DNA of 64,000 nucleotides from Halobacteriovoraceae bacterium (GTDB lineage: Bacteria; Bdellovibrionota; Bacteriovoracia; Bacteriovoracales; Bacteriovoracaceae). Position numbers and translations under genes: made by a program. The stretch is taken from positions 1,120,001 through 1,184,000 of the forward strand of contig CAVRCF010000001.1 in assembly GCA_963719505.1 (NCBI GenBank), read 5' to 3'. A model generated the notes under the pieces. The model did no database searches, was not told the origin of the DNA, and saw only the letters and a list, made by a program, of their open reading frames with translations. Shown piece by piece: positions 50,530 through 57,868 of this stretch (within the stretch, counting starts at the first letter, position 1; every line of letters begins with the position of its first letter).

Positions 50530-50532
50530 GGA

Positions 50533-50560
50533 CGTAGCCACTACGATTGTAATGGCTACG
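50533..50560. terminator. Hairpin between convergent genes
   Basis: CGTAGCCA...TGGCTACG stem. Confidence 0.55.
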
Positions 50561-50603
50561 AGAGATTAATTAATCCTTAGAGTTTGAGAGAACTTAAGAT
50601 GAA

Positions 50604-50837
50604 TTATTTATCCCAATCACATACTAATTCAGCAGTACAAGTTGTATTTCCTCTAAAGTCTGTAGTGCATCTTGTAACTGTCCTACAAGCTTTTGGTATC
50701 TCATCCATGATTTCATATGATTCTTCATTATAAGCTTTAGTATGAGCAACTAGATCTTGAAGTGTTAATACAGATCCCGTTCCTGCGATTGATGCGAATG
50801 ATAACGTTAATCCAACTACCATAATAATTTCTTTCAT
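50604..50837 (-). CDS. Small secreted protein with four Cys
   Basis: Signal peptide; C-terminal CRTVTRCTTDFRGNTTCTAELVC. Confidence 0.65.
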   Translation of the reverse strand: MKEIIMVVGLTLSFASIAGTGSVLTLQDLVAHTKAYNEESYEIMDEIPKACRTVTRCTTDFRGNTTCTAELVCDWDK

Positions 50838-50883
50838 AATTTTCCCCTATGTATAATTGCTTAATTGCAACTGACGTTCATAA

Positions 50884-50926
50884 AGCAACAGGTGGGCCAT
50901 TATATGATCTATATAGGTTATTGAAA
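50884..50926 (-). promoter_or_regulatory. Sigma54-type promoter with IHF-like site
   Basis: Minus strand TGGCCCACCTGTTGCT at 50884-50899; TAGGTTATTGAAA at 50914-50926. Confidence 0.55.
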
Positions 50927-51101
50927 TATCGTTAACGACGTTCCGAAAATGGATTTTATTGTTCTGAATATAGAATCTTTTTAGAATATTCCATATTTCA
51001 TGAGAGACTTCTTCTGTGAGTGATATTTAATTTATCCTCTCTAATGATTCGGTTCTTGATTATATTCATTACTATTTTCTTCAACACTGTAATCTATTTG
51101 T

Positions 51102-51737
51102 TTAGTACGGCGATCGAATAGTATTCAGAAAGGAAATATACTCCAAGATAATTCTAACTTCTCTTTTAAAGGTCCTACTAAAATCGTTCAGCTTTTGAAG
51201 ATCTAAAAAGCGTTCATGATATATATCTATTGCTTTATGAAAAGCTTCTGAATGAGGTGTTCCTCCGTTCTTGAGAAGATCAATAAGTGACCTTTCCTTA
51301 CTGTACATTTTTACATTATGCTTCTTATCGATTCTGTAATCTTCTATACCGATTAACTTGGATCGACCTACTCTAGTAGCAATAAATAGGTCATTCTCGG
51401 TCAGGGTTGAGTTTCTCGGAATATCAACAGAAAGGGGGCTGGGGAATTGCTCTCCCAATCCGTGATAATATAGCGAGGAAGTACCAGACACAACAGCATT
51501 AGGGTGAGTCTTAGCTAAAGCGATTAGATTCTCGTTGGCCGGGTTATGTATATCTTCGCCTACAATATAGAGACCTCTGCTTATCTGCTTCAAAACTCCG
51601 GCCTTTTTAAAACGTGATATTTCTGTTCTATTACCTAGAAGCTTCAATAGCTCTTTAGTTGAGTACATCTCGCCTTCGTGTCGTTTTAAAAAATCAGTAT
51701 ATTTCTTAGATTTAAGCATTGTTATATTGTACACCAC
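51102..51737 (-). CDS. AbiEi-family (type IV TA) antitoxin-like protein
   Basis: LKQISRGLY wHTH, PNAVVSGTSSLYYHGL, VKMYSKERSLIDL. Confidence 0.8.
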   Translation of the reverse strand: MVYNITMLKSKKYTDFLKRHEGEMYSTKELLKLLGNRTEISRFKKAGVLKQISRGLYIVGEDIHNPANENLIALAKTHPNAVVSGTSSLYYHGLGEQFPSPLSVDIPRNSTLTENDLFIATRVGRSKLIGIEDYRIDKKHNVKMYSKERSLIDLLKNGGTPHSEAFHKAIDIYHERFLDLQKLNDFSRTFKREVRIILEYISFLNTIRSPY

Positions 51738-51993
51738 TTATTGTATTATTGGTATAGAATGTAACAAAGCCAAAGAAGAAAAGGGATATATCACCACAAG
51801 TGATTGATTTTACTCGGTTTCTCATACCAACATCCCTTAACCACTATACCGATGGTTTTTCAAAAAATTGCAGATATATCGAAAATAGCCTATAATGAGC
51901 CATATAGTGCATCTTGTAACAAGCTGATCACTTACTTGCGTTTATGCTTACGATAGCTTGGCGAGGCTAATAAGGTATTATTAGAGGATATTT

Positions 51994-52692
51994 ATGAAGA
52001 CATATACAATTAGAGATTATGAGTTCGAAGAAGGGCTCTATAAGGCAGATTTCCTTAGAGTTGTCTTAAACGGTGGTCAGGATATAAAAGAAGGTACTGA
52101 TGAGTACAAAGAGCTTATTAAGAATGGGATGAACCTTCACAGAGCAGTTGGTCAGCATAGCGATTATCTACACAAACTTAGAAGAGGTTTTTACTATATC
52201 GGTCCCAAGAATAAAGCTCAGAGAAAAACATTTGATTGGGAGATCATCCACGAGTTTTATCCAGATTTTGTTGTTTCTAGAATCCATGCTTTATATCTCT
52301 GAAAGCTCATTGATAAAGAAGATATTGATCAAGATTCAATTTCTCTAGACTATTCCAGTGAATCGAAAAGAAATACGGGTAAAGAGTTAGATATCAAGTT
52401 GTTAGTTGATGAGCGCTTTAAGCCATACATGTACGACATATATAAATTCAAAAATGGAGCCCAGGTTAAGTGCTACACAAAAGAGAGAGCTCTAATTGAT
52501 GCATTTCTAATAGGGAATAAAGACAATCGAAATATCTACTTTAAGGCTATCAGTCGCTATTTCAAGTCAGAAGGCTTCTCTCCTGAGGTTCTCGAACGGT
52601 TTTCTAAGCTTAAGAAAGTCTTTAAGAGAGAATGCAAGGATATCATTGGCAAATTAGAGCATTTAAACTTTCTGAAGAAGAATAAGCTCTAA
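51994..52692 (+). pseudogene. Second AbiEi-like gene interrupted by one in-frame TGA (52300-52302)
   Basis: ORFs 51994-52302 and 52399-52692 share a frame, with 32 open codons between them; LHKLRRGFY, PDFVVSRIHALYL*KL, VKCYTKERALID. Confidence 0.7.
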
Positions 52693-52778
52693 AGACTTAT
52701 ACCTAGTTTTTCTTTAGCTTACTAATACTATTGCTAAACATGCTTCACAGGAGAGCTTGGTAGAGTAGGTATCTCCTA

Positions 52779-53393
52779 TTAAGACGATTTCCTCAAAAAC
52801 AGTTCTCTCATGGTTTTCTTTTCGTCGACATGAGAATAATTCTGGACCATTTTTAAACTCATCTTTAAAGTTTGAGCTATCTGTAAATCTGATAGATTCG
52901 AATTCAGAAGAAGTGAAACGTTACTATGTCTGAGACTATGTAGATCTAGGTCATCGCCTAGGTCTTTCCTTATACATCTGTAACAGAGGTTTCTAGAGAT
53001 TCGGCCATCTTTATTCTTGAAGATAAACTCCTGAGGTTTAAGCCTCTTAAAGATTCTTTCCAGTAAAGGGTTTATAGATGGATCAATAGTAATATATCTC
53101 TCAGTATCAAAGTCCTTTTTCTTCTTTAGAACCTTCATCTTTGCTGTGTAGAACCCATCCTCTAAAACGAAGTCTTTCTTCTTTAAAGATAGGGATTCAG
53201 AGATTCGTGCCCCTGAGCAGTAGATAACTGAATAAAGAAGCCTAAAAATTTCATCGATTTCCTCGTCTTGAATAAGAGTATCTAAGAAAGCACTCAGCTT
53301 AGAATCTTTGACAACACAGACCTTTTTACCTTTAGAAGAGGTTGCTCTAACGGATTCGTAGAAAAAGTCTTTATATCTGTCATTAATTTCCAT
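52779..53393 (-). CDS. Short tyrosine recombinase (catalytic domain only; resolvase/invertase-like)
   Basis: CSGARISESL, LHSLRHS, VQNYSH. Confidence 0.88.
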   Translation of the reverse strand: MEINDRYKDFFYESVRATSSKGKKVCVVKDSKLSAFLDTLIQDEEIDEIFRLLYSVIYCSGARISESLSLKKKDFVLEDGFYTAKMKVLKKKKDFDTERYITIDPSINPLLERIFKRLKPQEFIFKNKDGRISRNLCYRCIRKDLGDDLDLHSLRHSNVSLLLNSNLSDLQIAQTLKMSLKMVQNYSHVDEKKTMRELFLRKSS

Positions 53394-53576
53394 TGATTGC
53401 TCCTATGTCTGAATAAAGAATATCACGTATTGACGCGGCACGCAACAAAATACTCCATATTGTTGCATCGTCTATGAAAAACTTAGTTAAATCGGTAGTT
53501 TAGATGGTTTCAGTCTATTAAAGTTCTCCACAGCTATTTCGATAACTTACAACTGTGGAGGATTGAACTAATAAGA

Positions 53577-53855
53577 TTATTCGTTTAAGGCAAGGTTTTC
53601 TAAATCTCTCTGAACATATTCTAGATTTTGCTCAGCTATTTCGAATGTAATAGTATTTTCTAACTCTCTCTCTATAGATTCTCTCAAACTCGGTCCAACT
53701 TTTCCGCTCTCGTATTCTTTTTGATAATAAGCTTCTTTATCGAACTCACTCATAGTAAAGTGCTTGTATTCAGCAAGTGTTTCTATATACTGCTCAACTA
53801 CTTTGTTTTCGTACCTGTCTCTTTTAATATTTTCATACTCTTGCATATCCAACAA
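53577..53855 (-). CDS. Acidic hypothetical protein
   Basis: 92-aa ORF overlapping the upstream gene end. Confidence 0.5.
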   Translation of the reverse strand: MLDMQEYENIKRDRYENKVVEQYIETLAEYKHFTMSEFDKEAYYQKEYESGKVGPSLRESIERELENTITFEIAEQNLEYVQRDLENLALNE

Positions 53856-54519
53856 ATCTCTTGAATTGTCGAAAAACTCTTTCGAGTAACGGCTCTGTTT
53901 CTATGTTTTCAGCTACAACATTATAAAACACATCCCTATTTCGTTCGTCGTCAATCACTCTCAACATCTCTCGGCCAATATCCGTGAAATTTTCTCTGAC
54001 TACTTTGTCTTCATTCGCTAGAAGCTTAAGGGCTTCTACTATCTTTGGTTCTAGTTTTTTCGAAAAGGGATTGTAAACGGCGTACTCATTGACTAGCGCT
54101 TCAGACAAAAGCGAAAAGTTGTTTAAAATAAATTTGAAGGATTTTATATCTAGGCTTTTTAGTTTGTGAAGAAGGGTTGGGTGCCTTTCTTTAAGGAGCT
54201 TTGAAAATTTCTCCAGATTCTTTTTTGAGAGAGGAAGCATAGAGACAATACTGTCGAAAAGCTTGTTAGTGATGTCATTTACGAATGTTTCTTCTTCAAT
54301 TTTTTTAGCTGTCTTCTTTTTATCTTTAGCTTTAGTTTTAGCTTTTTTATTAAGCTTCTTGCTAGTTTTTTTACTATCTATAACTTCTTTCTTAGTTATC
54401 TGTGTATTTCCAGATTTATCATTGAAATGGTAGTATGCTCCACCAAAACAAAGAACGGTAACGATTAAAGAAATTCCAATTGCTCCAATTATAATACTAA
54501 TTATTATTCTTAACATCAT
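53833..54519 (-). CDS. Membrane-anchored hypothetical protein with Lys-rich linker
   Basis: SD AAGGAG; N-terminal TM helix. Confidence 0.7.
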   Translation of the reverse strand: MMLRIIISIIIGAIGISLIVTVLCFGGAYYHFNDKSGNTQITKKEVIDSKKTSKKLNKKAKTKAKDKKKTAKKIEEETFVNDITNKLFDSIVSMLPLSKKNLEKFSKLLKERHPTLLHKLKSLDIKSFKFILNNFSLLSEALVNEYAVYNPFSKKLEPKIVEALKLLANEDKVVRENFTDIGREMLRVIDDERNRDVFYNVVAENIETEPLLERVFRQFKRFVGYARV

Positions 54520-54542
54520 CCTTCTCCTTGTTGTTTTTCATT

Positions 54543-54554
54543 TAATATACCTTT
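54543..54554 (-). promoter_or_regulatory. Element-specific motif AAAGGTATATTA, copy 1
   Basis: Exact 12-mer 23 nt upstream of ATG 54519. Confidence 0.65.
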
Positions 54555-54593
54555 CCTGCTTATCTACTTACTCTCTTGTTGTGTTTTCAAATC

Positions 54594-55781
54594 CTAAAAC
54601 TTAGAGATCAGCTGAGCTGTTCCATTTGGATAGATAATTACAATTGAAACCGTCCAAGAAGATGCCCCGCCCCTGGCATAGTTTTGCTTCGAGATATCAG
54701 TTAAATGACCTACGGAGAAGTTCTCTCCTGAATATCCCCCAGCGTGATTATGACCTGTACACGATTTTGGTATGTATTTCTCAGCTGATCTATAATTAAA
54801 GCGAGCCCCGTTACTGCCTTTGTGACCATGGAGACTCATTTCGAACCCACACTCTTGAACCGGAGTATCATCCATAAAATTAATGTTTCTGTTTATTTTA
54901 TGGTATTTTTTCAGTGCTATTTCTATAGTAGGAACTGACTGATTAAGAGATAATGTATTTCTCATAAGTTCTGCTTTTAACTCATGAAGAATAATTTTAT
55001 CAATTTCTGCCGCCTTTCTAAACTTCTCGTCGTCTTTTAGAAAGCGATCTAAAAAGTCATCATGATTTGACTCAACGATATTGAGTGTTTTAAATTTAGA
55101 AGAAATCTTATTAAGAGTTTTGGCTAGGGAAGCAAGTTCTTTTTCTAATGAAACCCCATAAGCTATCTTATTTGTTATATACATAGAGGAGTTAACCTCG
55201 TGCGGGTTTAAACTGATGCCGTCGAAGACATCTCCAACATAAATATTCTTAACTCCTACTTTTTGAGCGTAGTTAGTTGCCCAAGCTAACGATTTCTTAT
55301 CATGAGTAAATTCGTGTAGATCTCCGAACAGACAAGCTTTTGCGTTGCCTTTTTTCCATCCATTCTTTGTAAATAATATTCCGTTATCATAGACTTTATT
55401 GTCTCTTTGAGTGAGATTTCTGATTTCAAACTTAGTATCGTTTTTAACCGAGACTAATAGGGCATATGGCCCAACACCTAAACCAACCATAGCTCTTGTC
55501 GATCTGTTTACTGTCGGTATATGACTTAAGTAGTTCTTATTAGATGACATATAGATAGCGCTGGACCCTTGAGATGCTCTACAGGCAGCCATTTCGCTGA
55601 TCTGAGCACAAGGAAAGACAACAAGATTCTTATTAAACTCTATAGTTACGTACTTATTCTTATTGTTCTTAACAAGTAAGCAGAGCTTAGCCTTATATCT
55701 CTTCTTGATCTGAGCTAAAATCTCAGAACTAAATTCACCAAGGTTCTCTTCTCGAATAATAATATAGTTGGTTGCCTTCAT
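54594..55781 (-). CDS. Calcineurin-like metallophosphoesterase resembling phage T5 A1-family proteins
   Basis: GDLH, GDVFD, SNHD, HGHKGSNGAR, GHNH, GASSW...YPNG. Confidence 0.7.
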   Translation of the reverse strand: MKATNYIIIREENLGEFSSEILAQIKKRYKAKLCLLVKNNKNKYVTIEFNKNLVVFPCAQISEMAACRASQGSSAIYMSSNKNYLSHIPTVNRSTRAMVGLGVGPYALLVSVKNDTKFEIRNLTQRDNKVYDNGILFTKNGWKKGNAKACLFGDLHEFTHDKKSLAWATNYAQKVGVKNIYVGDVFDGISLNPHEVNSSMYITNKIAYGVSLEKELASLAKTLNKISSKFKTLNIVESNHDDFLDRFLKDDEKFRKAAEIDKIILHELKAELMRNTLSLNQSVPTIEIALKKYHKINRNINFMDDTPVQECGFEMSLHGHKGSNGARFNYRSAEKYIPKSCTGHNHAGGYSGENFSVGHLTDISKQNYARGGASSWTVSIVIIYPNGTAQLISKF

Positions 55782-55790
55782 AGCTCCCCC

Positions 55791-56321
55791 TTAAGCCGCC
55801 AGCTTCGTTGATGCTTTTTTTTGTTTCTTGTTCTCTCTTGCTCTTTTATTATTTTCTGCACTTGTGACAACTTCCAAGTTCTCGGCTCTATTATCTGACC
55901 TAATCTTATTACCGTGATCAACTTGGCATTTGGTGCCCAAAATTAGACCAGTAAAGCATTCGATCATTAATCTATGCACATACATGTTATTCGATTTTCC
56001 TTTACCGATTCCATGGGTAATGTAGCGATATTCATTAGGCTTAGCGGTTAGCTTTCTCTTTTTCCTGGGACCAAATACTTCACCTTTGATATTTATCGAG
56101 AGTGGCAAGTATGGGTGAGCTATCAATTTCTCTTTGAAATTCTTCTTTTTAAACGCCTTAGCCTTAGCAATAGCTTCTTTGAATTTCTTATTGACTAAAT
56201 CAATCTTCTCGACGCCAATCGGTGTCATCGTCTGAGCTTTGATCTTTCTGTCGTTCATCATTTTTTGTGTTTGTGTCATTTTCTTTGCTTTTGCTTTCAT
56301 CTTCTTTGCTTTTGTTTTCAT
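55791..56321 (-). CDS. HNH homing-type endonuclease
   Basis: VHRL...VDHGNKIRSDNRAENLEVVTSAEN. Confidence 0.88.
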   Translation of the reverse strand: MKTKAKKMKAKAKKMTQTQKMMNDRKIKAQTMTPIGVEKIDLVNKKFKEAIAKAKAFKKKNFKEKLIAHPYLPLSINIKGEVFGPRKKRKLTAKPNEYRYITHGIGKGKSNNMYVHRLMIECFTGLILGTKCQVDHGNKIRSDNRAENLEVVTSAENNKRARENKKQKKASTKLAA

Positions 56322-56372
56322 CTCGCCTCCCAGGCTATTACGTTCTTTAGAGCATTTGCCCGTTCTGGAAAG

Positions 56373-56384
56373 TAATATACCTTT
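56373..56384 (-). promoter_or_regulatory. Element-specific motif AAAGGTATATTA, copy 2
   Basis: Exact 12-mer 51 nt upstream of the HNH ATG. Confidence 0.65.
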
Positions 56385-56561
56385 GTTGAAAAAAAGTGCT
56401 TTTTTAGGGGGTTTAGAATCGAACCATTTGTTACAAACTGTTGTTTTTGTTGGTTTTTTACTGCTTTCGCCATTTTGAGGGTGATTTAAAATAAAACGAA
56501 AGGGAGCTATTTTTTTTTGAGAGGTATATTGTTAAAAACGGACCAAGCGATGGAGCTAATT

Positions 56562-56675
56562 GTGTTTAAAAGAGAGCCTAGTATTTTAGAGAAGACGATA
56601 GAATCAACAATCGATGTCTTTGTCGTTGGATTTAAAGCTACTCTGTATTTAATAATTCAAATGCTAAGAGAATAA
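56562..56675 (+). CDS. Small hydrophobic protein (37 aa), not in ORF track
   Basis: SD GGAG plus GTG; MFKREPSILEKTIESTIDVFVVGFKATLYLIIQMLRE*; variant motif AGAGGTATATTG at 56520-56531. Confidence 0.5.
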   Translation: MFKREPSILEKTIESTIDVFVVGFKATLYLIIQMLRE

Positions 56676-56698
56676 ATTAAATCACTTCGGAGAGACTC

Positions 56699-56827
56699 AT
56701 GGAAAATAATGAATTTACAATATCTAAGATATGTTTTTTGACCATAGTTTCAGGATTATTCCTTGGAATTCTGGTCACTTATTGGTCTGTTAACGAGATT
56801 ATTCTAGTTATCGAATCACTCCGCTAG
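56699..56827 (+). CDS. Small single-TM protein (42 aa), not in ORF track
   Basis: SD GGAG plus ATG; MENNEFTISKICFLTIVSGLFLGILVTYWSVNEIILVIESLR*. Confidence 0.55.
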   Translation: MENNEFTISKICFLTIVSGLFLGILVTYWSVNEIILVIESLR

Positions 56828-56852
56828 ACCAAGCGAGGCCCTCTTGAATCTA

Positions 56853-56864
56853 AAAGGTATATTA
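56853..56864 (+). promoter_or_regulatory. Element-specific motif AAAGGTATATTA, copy 3
   Basis: Exact 12-mer 29 nt upstream of ATG 56894. Confidence 0.65.
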
Positions 56865-56893
56865 AGCAAAACAACAACAACAAGGAGAGGATA

Positions 56894-57388
56894 ATGGAGA
56901 AAGAATTCAACACTACTGTAGAAGACAAGTTTAGAGACGCTCAAAACCTGTTTAAGCAACAACTAAGGAGTAACAACAAGGCTGAGAAAGCTATTGGTCT
57001 AGTATTTTTCTCCCTAACTACTTCGTGGACTCTAGTCCTTATTCATAGCTATCTCTTTTCTACTTATTTCGATAAAAGCTTTAAGGATCTTTATATTCTA
57101 ACTGTTTTCATCTCCATACTTTTTTCTGGAGGCTTGGATTATTCCCTATTTGCTCTCTTCAGATTTACAACGAGCAAAGTGGTATTAATCGTCAATATCG
57201 TACTTTTCTCATATCTATATTATGTAGTTGGAACTCATTCGCTTTTAATTGGACTGGCTATCAACATTGCTCTTCTGTTTTATAGATTCTTAGCACCCAG
57301 TAAGTACTTGATGTTCAGTAATGAATTTATAGATGAGCAGCAAGCTAACCTTAATATCAAATCAACAGATTTATGTAAAAGACACTAG
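56894..57388 (+). CDS. Integral membrane protein (about four TM)
   Basis: SD AAGGAGAGG; hydrophobic segments. Confidence 0.75.
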   Translation: MEKEFNTTVEDKFRDAQNLFKQQLRSNNKAEKAIGLVFFSLTTSWTLVLIHSYLFSTYFDKSFKDLYILTVFISILFSGGLDYSLFALFRFTTSKVVLIVNIVLFSYLYYVVGTHSLLIGLAINIALLFYRFLAPSKYLMFSNEFIDEQQANLNIKSTDLCKRH

Positions 57389-57397
57389 GAGGTCATA

Positions 57398-57868
57398 ATG
57401 CATCTTAATAAATTAATATCAGCACAACGATTAGCGGCATCAGAGCAAAATAGCTTTCCGGCTACAGTATCTCCTAAGGCTGATTACGTAATTAAATTTT
57501 TGTTTGCTGTTTTGCTATATCCTCTTTATTTACTATTCAAAGTTAAAGAGAGTATTTTAAATTCTTTTAAAAATAGAAGAACCACCAAGGTATGGGATGA
57601 CGAAGATCAAGAGTTTAAAAACACTCAAGCCGCCAGTGAAACTATCGCCTACGATACAAACCTTCTTCATAGCATAAGAATTATCTTTTCTTCTTTTATG
57701 ATGATTGATGATGATAACAAAGAAAGAAGGTTTTATCACCAATACTACAACGTCACCGAGCTAATCGCTTATGTATCATCACTATATAGACATGTGGACT
57801 ATATTTTACTTTGCGTGTTTTATACAGGGTTCTTGGTAAGATTCATGAAATTCGTATTGGAGTCGTAA
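57398..57868 (+). CDS. Membrane protein
   Basis: SD AGGAGG; two hydrophobic segments; TAATG coupling to the next gene. Confidence 0.7.
   Translation: MHLNKLISAQRLAASEQNSFPATVSPKADYVIKFLFAVLLYPLYLLFKVKESILNSFKNRRTTKVWDDEDQEFKNTQAASETIAYDTNLLHSIRIIFSSFMMIDDDNKERRFYHQYYNVTELIAYVSSLYRHVDYILLCVFYTGFLVRFMKFVLES

Noticed and set aside
56281-56322. 21-bp tandem duplication at the HNH start (MKTKAKK/MKAKAKK)
   Set aside because: Real, but most simply local slippage in low-complexity coding sequence
56239-56478. Hydrophobic plus-strand ORF in the track
   Set aside because: Antisense shadow of the Lys-rich HNH N-terminus and its promoter region
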